DNA of 64,000 nt from Phoronis australis (taxonomy: Eukaryota; Animalia; Phoronida), in contig NMRA01000082.1 of the NCBI GenBank assembly GCA_002633005.1, positions 348,576 to 412,575 of the forward strand, read 5' to 3'. Both the position numbers and the translations under genes were made by a program. The notes below the pieces were generated by a model. That model saw nothing but the letters and a program-made list of their open reading frames with translations, had not been told where the DNA came from and ran no database searches. This document shows positions 1-12,955 of the stretch, piece after piece. Numbering within the stretch: position 1 is the first letter of the stretch; each line of letters starts with the position of its first letter.

Positions 1-898
1 ACTCAAACAAATACCCTAGCAGAGATTTCTTTCCACTATGTCTCTTCATTCATCGACAATGCCAGGACAAGACCCTCACATCCATGTACGAGAGGTGGGA
101 CCTTGGCAGCCAAGCTTCAAGCGCTAGCAAACACTGGATAACACCAATGTAGTGCACTAGTGATTAGCTCGCTCTTGAGGTCATTGAGGCCGACTTTGAT
201 GTGCTTAAAAATTATAAGCTATAGACATGTGTTGTGATGAAATCAAAACAAAAATAGCTCAGTTGACAATTATGTTAATAGAATGAAGGACCATTCATAA
301 AATTTGTTGATTGCGAGATTATTTGTTCCAGTTCGAAAGATTTCAAGACTCAAACTGCATTCAAACAGGCAGGCTGGATTAGATGTGTTGTCACAGTTAC
401 TCAAGCTACTAAATACCTTGTTTACATACTCACTCATAAACACTGAAAATTTAAGCAGCAATATGACAGATCTAGTCAAGAGACATCAGAAATGTGACTG
501 CCGACACTGGTCAACACTAAGCCCTTGCGAAACTAATACCGACATCATCTTCTCGAGGGGTCACATGCCCTTGGATGGTCATGCACCCCTCCTGAATGGT
601 CACATGCTCCCTTCTGAGTGGTCACGCACTACTGGCATGGTTAATTTTTTCCAGCACATGAATCGGACTCGGCACGGAAAGAAATATTTCTCATGAGTTA
701 TTAATGTGTGTGTGAGTTAAAAAAGTCCTGATGTTCTAATCTCAACACATGAAGTGAAATGTCTTGAATAGAGAAAAAGTTTTTGACTTTATTTTAATTC
801 TTGTATGGTTTGGGATCTTTTTCCGTTTAGGCTTCTCATACTTGAAGCACGCAGAGCTGGTGCACAGCATGGGCTAGAGATGGATGAGGCAATGGGTT

Positions 899-950
899 AG
901 AGGGCACGGGTCAGAGGGCACGGGTCAGAGGGCACGGGGCAGAGGGAGTG
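899..950. repeat. 14-bp tandem repeat AGAGGGCACGGGTC, about 3.5 copies
   Basis: Direct reading. Confidence 0.85.
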
Positions 951-2290
951 GGACGTAGAAAATAATTGACAGCTCACTGTGTCCTCGGCTTCCAAATGTA
1001 AATAAGCATGCATTCATTAACACGTCTAACGCACGAGTTGAGGATTTCTGTAAATATCCTTTAATTTCCCAGGGGGTGCATGTACAGGACTGGAGGGGCT
1101 CTCATGTAGGAGGTTGACAAGGACTCGCATATAATTACATGTATATCGCCGTCTCAGATCTCGTCACAGGTTGGGGTAAAGTGACAGCAATGGCAAACAC
1201 GTGGAGAACGAGAGGGTTTTGTCTTGAACAGAGGTTTTCATCAACTGTTACCAATTCTGGACACTTTGCCAACCAGCCAAGGTATCACCCCCTACAGCCA
1301 ATAACACTTCACCATAAGAACAGCCAGTAGAATATTGGAAAATCTCTTCAGTTTTTGACACAAAAAAGGTGTAATTTTCAAAATTTCCACTTCAAGTGAA
1401 ATTTATTATTCCTCCAAATAACATTTTCATGATTTCAAACATTTACTTTTAAATTTGTTATTTTTAGAAAATAACAATGTTTGTGTTAAAATATCCTTAA
1501 AGCAAGACTATGGTGGGTTTATTTAGTGCTTTTGACCCGATGACGCCAACAGTCAATAGCATGCTGGCATAACAACTGGGAGTGTTAAATATTCATGGAC
1601 CTGTTGGGCCACAGCATTGTCTACTCACAAAGCTTCATTAACTGTAATGCCTCAGAGACCACCTACAGTTGCCATAGCAATGTCCCTTGAATGTAGTTAA
1701 CAGCTACAGTAAATATTCCTTAGTTTGGAACAACCCATAAAATCTGGGACATCCGAATTCAACTTGAAACTGAATGTTCTGAATTCTGAAGATTGGGACA
1801 TGGGTGACTTTGGCGTTCACTATATCTCTCAAGTGTAGGACTCTGTGTCTTGTACCAAGAGAGCATGTAGGACTATTGATGCAATGCGCAGACTACAACA
1901 TGGTTTGAAACAACATGAAAATAAAGTACATCACCAGACAAGGAAATTAAAATTTAATTTAAAATCAAAACATGTTCCATCAAGTAAACACAGACCAGGA
2001 AGTGCAATCTAAGTGCAGGTGAAATTAAACTATCTTTCCCAAAACCATATAATTATCTGATACTGCACCAAGTCATTTTGGACCCTACAAATATAGAAAG
2101 TGCATTTGTTGCCAAAAATTATCTTCTTTAAGACTGCAAATATATTCAACTTAGTTTTAAATGTAGTTGCTTGTCACCTATCAACTCAGCAATAATCACC
2201 GTCTTAAATGCCCAAATCATTGGATTGAAAATATCTTCAGTCCACGGGAGGGACGGAAATGCCAACAATCCACCAAAGGTAAACCATTTA

Positions 2291-2729
2291 CCGGGATTTT
2301 CCGTAGATAAACCCACGGGCGTGCATTCAGAAAATAAAAATTTCAGACGTCTTAATAACACAAAATAAACACCTGGGCATTTATTCGGAAAAGGGGGGCG
2401 TATAAACGAAGTCGTAGGTTTCCTGACAATGACATTTTTTACTTAAAAATTTTTTTTTAAAATTTTATGTTAATAAATGCATAGTTCGCTAGCACATTGT
2501 TCATCTTTATAAATGATAAATGCTCCACAAAACTGAATTAATGACTAAAAGTTGACGCTTAGTGGGCTTTTTCAGAGAAAATTTTCCGAATAAATGTCCC
2601 ACTATCTGGGCACTTGACATCAGAAGTTGAAAAACCAAATAAATGCTCATGGGCGTTTGTTCACCATAATTTTCCAAGTAAACACCCATGGGCGTTTCAT
2701 AGGGTGGGCTTATCTACAGAAAACCCCAG
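2291..2729. mobile_element. Tc1/mariner-pogo-type MITE
   Basis: TA|CCGGGATTTTCCGTAGATAAACCCAC ... GTGGGCTTATCTACAGAAAACCCCAG|TA. Confidence 0.75.
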
Positions 2730-3396
2730 TATGTAAATTATTCTCTTTTTCAGGACAGCTATATTGTGCAAACTACGAGAATAATTAAAAGAAATGTCAA
2801 CTTTTATGAATATGAGTAAAAAAATAAATAATAAAAATTTGATCAGGTAACCAACCTTTGAAAACATTAAAAATGATAATTTGGCATTTATTTCACATTG
2901 TGCTGAATAATCAAATTCAAAACTATATTGTAGATCACCCACTGATAACAACTCTGCCCATGAGTTGTGACAACATATAAATTAATCATATGTTCAAGTT
3001 CAACTTTTTTAAATGAAGATTCAATCCTTAAGTATATAAGTGTGTCCAGACAGATGAGGGAAGAGCAGTGGCCAGGTTAAAGGTCAGATCTCTCAAGGGG
3101 TATTCCACCTAAGTGTTGTCCACAAACAGACAAGAACAAGTTACTCTTGGAAGGAGTTGTCAATAGGTTTGGGGCTGGCTGGACATTATTTAAATTAATA
3201 CAACTTGCTCTACTTTATCTAGGTAGGGTAACTTGTGGCAAGTCTAATGGCTGTGTGGTCCCAAACCTGAGGCTAGGTGGAAGTAATTAACTGTTGCGGT
3301 TACATACTGACAGATTTTCTTTTGCACACCATATTCGCATCAGCTGTCCATTGTCGTGCACAGAGCGACAAATTTCGCCTGACCTTACTTATCGGA

Positions 3397-3417
3397 TGTG
3401 TGTGTGTGTGTGTGTGT
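3397..3417. repeat. (TG)n microsatellite
   Basis: About 10 TG units. Confidence 0.9.
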
Positions 3418-5227
3418 TTACAGACCCTCCACTTAAAGTGAGACAAATTACACAACTGAAAGTAGTTATAGGGTAAGTCTGTGAGTGGATCAGACATTAG
3501 TGTAACTTGGCAATATAAGTTATGAACATTTCTAAATCTGAAGTCCTAGTACGTCAACTACAAATCCCGTTTAGTATTCTCTGTAAAATATCTATTTAGA
3601 ACAATATGGTCAGGGAGCAGTATCTTACTTTCTTACTGCCTATAAATAAGCAGTGCCTAGTAACTAATTTTCACCATTCCCAAGTGGACATTTTCAATAA
3701 TGCGAAGCCCTTGACAAAATGAAAAGACTAAATTTCTCACAATTATTGCGTAAGAAATGGGTCAGATTTTGTGGTTGTCACACAACCGCACAAAATGACG
3801 CAACCATCAATTCCAACTTCTTTGAGTTCAGTTTCAACCAACACTTTCCCAGTAAAGTTGATTTTCGGTCTTGCAAAGAACTGACAGTGCATTATTGCTC
3901 GAGACCTTGGCAGGTCAATAAAATGACACGCCATGATAGGCCAACATCAAGAGCTTCATCTCGAGCAATAGGGAGCTGCCAGTTCTTTACAAGCCCACAA
4001 ATCAGATCTATTTTGCCTTAGGAACAATACCGGACCAATTTCCCGAGTGGTCCTAATCAAATGTTGGCTTTGTCACGAAAGGCCGGTTTTGTACGGTAAC
4101 TCTCCACTTACTTAGTACACTCGCCTCATTTCGCACACCCAAATTTATTTGGAAAATAATATTGTGCCCCACACTTAGTTCGCTTGGTGGGTATTTCTTG
4201 CCTCATCTATTTTGCAGTTCAAAAACATCAACACAATGCCTAGAGATAACTCCAATAATACACGCCACTTCAAGCTTGTTTAAACCGTCTGAACATTGAA
4301 TATTCACCGCTAAATTAATCCACTTGAATATTCACGGCTGCTGGATCTCTTTCAAATTTCACTGATTTAGTCCAGCCACTAAAGCGCATTTGTAAGCTAT
4401 TATTACAGTGGACATGGCAATTCTCCACTTAGTACAACAGCCGCGGCCTGGATGAGCGGAAATGAAAGTGAGGTTGGTAACTGGAGTGTTAACCAAGCAT
4501 GGCACACATCAGGTGCATTAAATGAGACTTTTCATTGTCTCCTGCCAGGGGTGAATCAAAGTCTAACACAGTCTGAAATATAATGTATAAATTTCAAATA
4601 TTTCTACTACAATCTTTATTCCATAGTAATGTACCGTAAGTTATTATACTGGTATCAGATAACCGTGACACAAATTAAATTGACATGGTGGCAATATTCA
4701 GCCTCACAGTTGTGACAATACAATAGCTTTAGACCCTTTCCCATACAATTAACTCCATTACTGTCGCTACAACCTAAGCTTTGATGTTAACTGCGATTCA
4801 CCATGAAGGTTAAGTGTTACCATTCCCATCAGCTTCAACAACTTATTCATGGAGGTCAAGTGTTCCCATTGACTAAAACTTAGCAAGCTCACCACAGCTT
4901 TGGAGCCTATGGGAAAGGTCTTTTTGGCACAATTCAACCGACAAAGAGTCCGATATTCTAGATCGAAGGCAGTTCACATAACACACTCAGAAGGCAGTTC
5001 ACCGAACACACTCAGAACCTGGGGTATAATAGGATTGGGACAGTTATACACTACAGGCAATAGGGCCGTCCCAGATTATGCAGTGGCACTCGAATCTCGC
5101 TGTATTTACCCACAATGCCATAAACATCCGTCAGGCACATTTTCTGCTTCGTTTTTCATGCCACTGGAGTTTCACATCTGATTCTTTACACGTTTTTCTT
5201 GGTTGCATTACTCTGTTTATCTTTCCA

Positions 5228-5400
5228 ATATCAACGTAGTATTGCTGCTGTGCTGTGCGCTGCAACACCGACGTAAGAAAGTTTGATAAATCTAACAAAT
5301 ACCCATGGATGCGTGATCTGAAATTCTTCGCCTTCCCGACATAAATGAGAGACAAAAAAGTACCTGATTTCCAAAAAGAGGTCACGCGCTTTCATGTCTC
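5228..5400 (+). pseudogene. Degenerate THAP zinc-finger fragment (transposon-derived)
   Basis: ST*YCCCAVRCNTDVRKFDKSNKYPWMRDLKFFAFPT*MRDKK matches the THAP CCAxxC...FxxFP pattern, with stops. Confidence 0.45.
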
Positions 5401-7232
5401 CAAGACAAAGGAGAGTCCTATCGCCGTGTAATCCTGGATGGCCCTATTGAAATGGTCGAATTACTATGCGACAGTTTTGCTCACTCAATACTTTGTCTTT
5501 TGTTCACTAATCAACTACTATTAACAAAAATATTTAACCTTGAACAATTATGTCATTTAGCCAACACATTTATTACACGCTTACTTAGCGCAATAGCCAA
5601 TTGGGTCTTTTTAAGAATGTACATGCCCTGTATATACTCTGGCTGAAAATGCGAGGGACCTCATTTTTATGCTTGATGATTTTTAGTTTTCATTCCAGTT
5701 TCCAAGAAAGGCGAATTGGCAAAAATATTGAGGTAAACAATGAAAGATAAGAGTGACAATTAGGTCAAAGTAAAATTGGCAAATTCAATCTCAAATGCCA
5801 AGTTTACTGTGCAGCAAATCTAATCACAGAGACAATCAAATCAATGAACCCTACTTGATCCACTAGACAGAAATGTCAACCATAACTTTGAGCCTTGGCA
5901 TTGCATTTAGAACAAAACCCACTAGGCTTTAAACTTTATGATCAGCCAACTTCAGAACAAGGTCAAAGTGATCAGGTATTCAAAAGTAGCATGGTATTCT
6001 TCGATTTAGAGAACAGTGCGGCCACCAAAGTGACGTTTTAATTTGGTCAAATCCCTCTATAAAAAGTACTATGTAAGAAACTGCTACCTCGTTATTTGCA
6101 CGAATGCTTAGCATACATTAACTGTTACCAAATAATCTATGACAAGCAAGCATACGAGGCTCTAGAAAATAATTTAGTCTATGCTTTTATACGAATTGTG
6201 TCAATTTTTCGAAAAATCTCCTTACACCAAAGTCAAAACTCATGCATAATAGTTTCAACTTGTTTCCCGTAGGATGCGTTTTTTATTGAGCATGTATCCT
6301 CCCTCTGTGATTGAAAAACATGGTGATAATGGAACCACTTTCATTGTAGAATGCCAATAGTCTATTAGAAAAACAATGGAGTCATAAATACTCTCGCCTG
6401 TTGGAGGAATAAAAATGGTGTAGCTGGACTCAACACTCGCTTGAACTCAGCGGTCACAGTATGGTAAATCTACACTTTTTTAGCACACAATATGGCCGAC
6501 AAACGATTCTCTTTTATAAAATTTCTCTACAAAAATAAAGTAAAAGAAGATTTTAGTCTATTGCTAGCATGTTTTGTACAGTAAAGTAAATTGTCCATTA
6601 TTTTAAGTAAAGTAAACAGCTTTTTGAAAAATGGAAAAATGACAACTTTAGCAATTATTCTTGTGCGAAATATGTGGAATTACCGTAGGTTTGAGAGCAG
6701 CATCTAATCTCCCAACAAAGGGCTTTACGACCTTGGACGCTGGCTTGCAATGTCTCTGGCTCCGGCCACCGAGACTGGATGACAAACCCTACTGTGTTTG
6801 TCCAATCTTGAATTTTGGATTTGGCTGCAGCGCGACGTTCAATCACTCGTATCACTCCCGGCTGCAACGGAAATGTGTCTAAGTTGTTCTCCAGCAAATT
6901 GCTTTCGCAACTTAGTGACAACCACCTCCTTCACGGCTTAAATTGCATTGACTCGCGGCGGCCATTAGCCCCAAAGCGGACTTCAAATTCTGACTGCGTA
7001 ATCTTGCACTGACTTCACACAAAATCGCTTGCTAAAGTTTCAGCTTCACGAATGTTGTATAATAATTGAAAACAATTCTATTGATGAAGTCGATTTTTCT
7101 CAATGATGGTCTTTATATACTAAATTTGTAATAAAAATGTCTCCAACATTGATTGTCAAACTAAAGTACGTTTACTGTTTACCCACAGAAACTAAACACA
7201 CACTTAGAAACGCAGTATAAAAAACATGAACA

Positions 7233-7454
7233 ACTGAATCATTACACAGCCTCAACACTCAGGTCAGCCAAGAGCCACCATAGCACCCTGTACTGAATCA
7301 TTCCTCAGACCTTACACTCAGGTCACTGAAGAACCACCATAGCACCCTGTACTGAATCGTTCCTCAGACCTTGCACTCGGGCCATTGACGAGCCACCATA
7401 GCACGCTGTACTGAATTGTTCCTCGGCCCTGACATTCAGGTTAGACTAAGAGAC
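7233..7454. repeat. 59-bp minisatellite, about 3.7 copies
   Basis: Units start with ACTGAAT at 7233, 7292, 7351 and 7410; core CCACCATAGCACCCTGT. Confidence 0.9.
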
Positions 7455-8182
7455 TCGGTATTCTGCGCATAGCCTTCGATTTTCTGTTTTTAAGAACTGA
7501 GAAATATAGAATTCTATTTTATGTAATTAACAAAACTTTGTTTGATAACTTCTAAGTAAAATTTCACTTCATAAATGTTCACGGAAATTGCGTTGCGCAT
7601 TTATGATACAGCTCTATCTTACAGCCAACTTGCCAATGTCCTCAAAACTGGACAAGATCAACGCTACCTTCTGAGAATGAAAGTCGGGTTTGCGTCTTTG
7701 CGATCGATGCTTCTAGCCCCGTCCAACATTTACATGTTCATAAACTCTTTGATGGAATATATTCATAATTTTTGGGGATCAAAAACAATGGTATCTAATA
7801 CAGATATGTGTGAATGCCGTATGAGACCTCCAAGAGAGAAATTCGATTCCATAAATTACAATCTGTTGTCACACAAGATCAGGGTGTTCATTGTACCATG
7901 CACCACGTTGGCAGGTCTACTATACACCAGCTGGTGCGATACAACAATTCAATGCATAACACAGGTGATAGAATGGTAATATGGTTTAGCCATCATTTGA
8001 GCAGATGAGCACCTGTTCACATATGCACACTTAAGTTTGACCTCGATTTAAAAATGAAGCAAAATTAATGCCCTGTTCAATCAACAACCAGTTGTTTTCA
8101 GGTCATGGAAATTATTGCTTGTGCTTGTCTAGTGAGACTTCACAGCTTGTGTACTATGCCTGTTCTATATAGTGCGTGTGTA

Positions 8183-8572
8183 CTTCTTAGAAAACTTAAG
8201 CTTAAACACTGGTGAAATTTGTGTTAATGTATGTGTACATCGTTACTACCAGGGAACACCGAGGGGACAGTGTGGCTCAGGGGTTTGAGCTCCGGACATC
8301 CCCTTGGGAGACCCGGGTTCGAGTTCTGGCTTTACTGGTTAACGATCAAACATAGCAAAACAGGTGTCTCCTACTCCTCTGGTCTCGGCGTTACTAGTGA
8401 ATGTATACAACGGAGTGAATGAGAACCTGGATATAATGCAAAGGCAATTTCCACGGCTGTGCTCATATTTAAGAAAAACACCGACCTGTTCTTCTTAGAA
8501 AACTGAGCTCAAACTCTGGTGAAATTTGGATTAACACATATATGCATTGTTACTACTAGGGAACACTGAAGT
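8183..8572. repeat. About 80-bp diverged direct repeats (8183-8265 and 8491-8572) flanking a SINE
   Basis: CTTCTTAGAAAACT...TGGTGAAATTTG...GTTACTACYAGGGAACAC occurs twice. Confidence 0.75.
8263..8450 (+). mobile_element. tRNA-derived SINE (3' boundary approximate)
   Basis: A box TGGCTCAGGGG, B box GGTTCGAGTTC, followed by a SINE-like body. Confidence 0.55.
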
Positions 8573-11349
8573 GGTAACAAAACCACATTTCAAACACATT
8601 AAAAAAGGAAAATCAAAAACTATTCTTTTCAATTATGTACCCTTTATAAGTCTAGATTTTGATGTACGATTTCCAACATGTTGTATGATCTATCCTCAAG
8701 GACATTAGTTATTCGCAACTGATTATGACAAAATAAGTTAAAACAGCAATATTATGTTTTCAATAAAATAAACGTTAAGATTATATGGTAGGAACATATT
8801 GACAAGTCAATACATCCAACCACATACCTACAAAACTATAGCACTCAGCTCAAGAAAAGTATTACATTTCCTAACGAGAAAGCCTGTAGAATTTGATATT
8901 TGACTTTATACCAATCTGCCGTTGATTTCTTTAAAGAGTACTGAGGTGCGGGCTTCCAAATGAGGAGGGCACAGAACAGAATCAAGTATGCCTTTTTGGC
9001 CAAACTAACATTTCCACGTTTGCTACTAATGCGAAATCCATGATTCAGCAAAACCTCGTTTCAACAGTGTCTCCTTATATGGTAATTCTCCACGTTTTGC
9101 ACAAAAATAATTGCCAAAATTGCCATTTTCCCCGTTTCTCAAAGGCTGATTAAGTTGCTGCAAATAATGGAAACTTTACAAAATGTTTATCATGACATCT
9201 AAAAAATACAAAAAACTTTGCTCGTAATAGACTAAAATTTTCACAACCTTTATTTTTGCTGTGAAATTTGACGAAATAAAATTTCACTTGTCAACTACCC
9301 TACATGCTAATTGGAGAATTTCCGCATTGACAAATTCGAACCCTGCGTGGCCAAAATGTATTCAAGACCCGCATGCATCAATTAATTACCATAGTTCAAG
9401 GACCTTACTAGATGTACTTCTAATACAGACAACGCTTTATGCATTTTTTTACAAATTACTGCACAGGAATTTCCAACTCTTTAGGGTTATGAATGAACGC
9501 TGCTTGGTGTATATGAATCTATATCAATTTGTAATAAATAAATTTTGTAATGAACAACTTACACTCACGCGTCACATCTATGAATTTTCTCAATAGACCC
9601 TTCAATGCCAACATAGAACCAGTAATGGAGAAGCGTAAATGCACTGCGAAGTTAGATGAACCTTAGAAGCCAACTTCAGTAGTAAGTGAGCACCAAAACC
9701 ATAAAAGTTTGACGCGTGGGCCATCACATTTATCTAAAGATGGAGCTCCAAAAACAAATGAAATGCTTTTATTCGTCGAATGCTGAATATTTAAAAAAAC
9801 ATCAAATAATACCACAACACGTACTGATAGTGTCAGCGACACCTTGACAACCCATAACTCCCATTGCCACCCAAACAACGACCCTTCACTACACATCAAA
9901 GCATTGACGATCCACTGGTAAAACCACCTGTTTATTGCTAAGTTAACGCGCGCTGTTAAGTTCGATTCAGGGCCAAAGTTCACTCTGACAATAACTCCAT
10001 GGTGACATTGGTATGAGTGTCCTCAAGGACAAAACGGCAGAACTGAGAAGGTTTAAGAATCAAAAACATAGTAGATATTTGAAAGACCCCACAGAAGGCG
10101 TTGCGTTCGAGACATTCTTTGGTCAAAGTTGACCTCTTCCGACTGTCCCCAGCTTGGGGAAAACCGACTGACATGTTCAGTGTCACTGATCAATTGCAAC
10201 ATCATAAATTTCAAACTCAAAACACTGACAGGATTTAGTTGCAATTGATTTTGGGAATGAGCTAATTCCACTGAAGAACAGCTCCATTAGCTTCGTAAGT
10301 GTTAAAGTGTGTAACTTTTGGCAGGAATTTAACACAGCATGTTTAGTCCCTTGAAGTCACAAACTTCAAACTAGAGTGAATAAGTTTAGCGAGAGGGACT
10401 CTTCCAACGTAGCCAATCAAAACACTCCATTGCTCACAGTACCATGTGTGATTAAAAACAGTAACCTCCCCATATTAATTCAGGAACCAAAGCAAAATTC
10501 ATCTATAAAAAACATGAACCAAAGCAATGGTTTTCAAAGACAGCGATGCAATGATTTCGATGCGACATTATCCGCCCGAAAAACCTTTTTTTGATATTGG
10601 CCCAAGCGTGAAATCAAACCCAAAACTTTCAAACCGCAGCCAATCAATCTGCAAGACGAGCCAAACTCACTCAGTACACGGAAAAAAACTTTAAAGGTCT
10701 CTAACTGGCAGCCACCAGCCTCGATATCAGCAAATGTCTAACAGACAACAACAAGAATTGACGACTTGTAATGCAAACCCAAAAACACAATGGATTTTAT
10801 TGTTTTACGGCTTTGGTCAGAGCTAATAACTTTAAGCAGTCTGTCCCACTCCACAATAATCCCAAAATTGTATAATTTGTTATCAAAACAATAATGTCAC
10901 TTTAAATGTCTCATACTTTATTGACAACAATAGCAACACTACTGGCCTATTTTCCTCAGGTGTGATCAAGTTGGTAAGGCTGAATTATAAGAGACAGCAC
11001 ATGATTCCGCCAATCCTACGTAGTCTTTTAAACAAGCGCAAGTACAGCACTGATACGCACGCACACAGCGCTGAATAGAAGAAATGAACATTATTTTAAA
11101 TATTACCGCTAAATGAAGCACTGCTTGTAAACTTAATTAATAGCCTCTAGGGAGTGCAAAGCAAGTCAGAAATGCCCTTCTCAATAGGAACACACCTGCC
11201 ATTTTTCATCGTGATTCGTCAGATGACAAAGGACACGAAAACAGTAGAAAGGCCATTAGGGGATGCAATGTAGGTCTAATCCATCTGAAACAGGACCAGT
11301 GCAGTTGTCTCTGTGACAGTAGCTTATTTGCCAAATTTGATCAGCATCC

Positions 11350-11790
11350 ACAAAGGAACTTGGGGTTCAGGCAAACGCAGAGAAAAACGAAATTGCCACA
11401 AGGAGCACAATAGAAATCGTATCTGTCCGACAATAGCCATCTGTTGCCACATTACTAGAAATACACCAGTCAAATTTCACAACAGTTTAGGAGATCAGCC
11501 ATGGATGAGAAAAAGCAAAATTGCCACTAGGGTGTGCCACAGAAGTTGGAGTCATCAAGGAACTGTGAAGACAGAAACAAAAGGGAAAAAGTGAAACATT
11601 GTCGGTTCCATCCAAAAATTCCCTCATGAGGTCCCATCCACGATACGAGCACGTCTTCAAAATTTCATGAACATCTACAGTGTATCAAGAAGCTTTGGAG
11701 ACATAGTAGTGGACACTAGGTGCTGGACAGAAGAGGATGACCGCAGAACACACCCACATCTACATATGTATGTTCGTGCATAGAAATTAA
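11350..11790 (+). mobile_element. Degenerate copy of the Helentron/DINE-1-like repeat
   Basis: AGGCAAACGC, AAATTGCCACTAGGG and AAAATTTCATGAACATC motifs; 3' end CACCCACAT...GTGCATAGAAATT resembles 45496-45530. Confidence 0.45.
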
Positions 11791-12880
11791 AGAGTGTATT
11801 TAATAGCCACTTATATGGGCCTCCTAGTTTGTGAACCAGTTTTCTCCAAGACAACAGACAGGTTTTCAAAATCTAGGACCCTGTACGTAAACTATTGCCA
11901 AATTAAGCACTGTAAAAAGTATCCAGAAAGTGTCAACCCCAAAATTCAGTCCTTATCATCAGAGCACATGATTAAAAGTGAACTCAAGTTCAAAATTAAG
12001 TAACAAAACATTTCACTAAGTGATCTGTAAGGGAACTTGGCAATACTGTATTTTGTCTTAGAGCACATCTGGGTGTTCTAAACAGCAACATTTTCAGTCA
12101 CTTATTCATAGAATAGATATGTCACAGTATTCAGTACACTATGTAAAGTCCTTCGAGTTGGTTACAAAGACCAAATGGCAAACAGAAATCTTGGTACTTG
12201 CTGTGGATACGAAAATATGATTCAAAATTTAAATATCCTAAAACACTGCCCTCAGTTCACCTTCCCTCGACTGACTGCTGAAAAAACATAGAAAACAGCA
12301 AGGATGTGTGTCCGATGGTCAACTCAATTTCATGGGAGAGTGCACGGGTTACTGTTTTCTATGCTATGAAAGTTAAAGTAACAATTCATCATGTCTTTGG
12401 CTGTCAAAAAACTTACTATTTATCACCACCACTTTCTGTTATAAATCCCACTCAATTAGTTCCTCACTAAGGGGAGGAAGGAGTTTCGTGCTAGGGAGGA
12501 ACTGACAATGTACATATACAGCACTTGAGATCATTCTAATCGGCTAAACTGAGCCGCCGTGACAAGCCGACACGTCAAGCCTGATCTTGAGCAGCAACTA
12601 ACTGCTAGTTATTCCCTTGCCAATGAATCATCTCCAAACCAAGAAAGGGAAACGTTAGACCACATTTCTAGCAGTAACTGGTAACTGTGAACTAAATCAA
12701 AAGTTAGCTTTTTGAGGGAAGACAGGTTTATGGGCGCTTCATTAAGAGATCCAAGAACTTCCATCAAGATTACGAACAAATATCAATCGAAGAATATGTT
12801 GCAAACATTTTAAGTCTGGTCAACACGCCATCTGTTGGCCACATCGCGTGACCTAATGAATATATGTCTGAAAAGAGTTC

Positions 12881-12955
12881 TGCCCCCGACTGGGACTCAA
12901 ACCCAGGACCTTCTGCTAACCGTGCAGAGGCTCTAGCCACTGAGCCATTGGGACC
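12881..12955 (-). mobile_element. tRNA-derived SINE head or tRNA pseudogene
   Basis: A box TGGCTCAGTGG, D stem GCTC/GAGC, stem TCTGC/GCAGA, B box GGTTTGAGTCC in stem CTGGG/CCCAG. The acceptor stem is mispaired and the loop ACGGTTA is non-canonical. Confidence 0.7.

Noticed and set aside
6655-7100. GC-richer, coding-looking segment
   Set aside because: The frames I translated are interrupted by stops or show no recognisable motif. It is possibly a repeat interior, but I cannot support a call.
7233-7454. CRISPR-like repeat-spacer appearance
   Set aside because: The variable parts are homologous to each other, the unit is a plain 59-bp minisatellite, there are no cas genes and the context is eukaryotic.
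12881-12955. Functional tRNA gene
   Set aside because: The acceptor stem is mispaired, U33 is absent and the T-loop reads TTTGA; better read as a SINE head or pseudogene.
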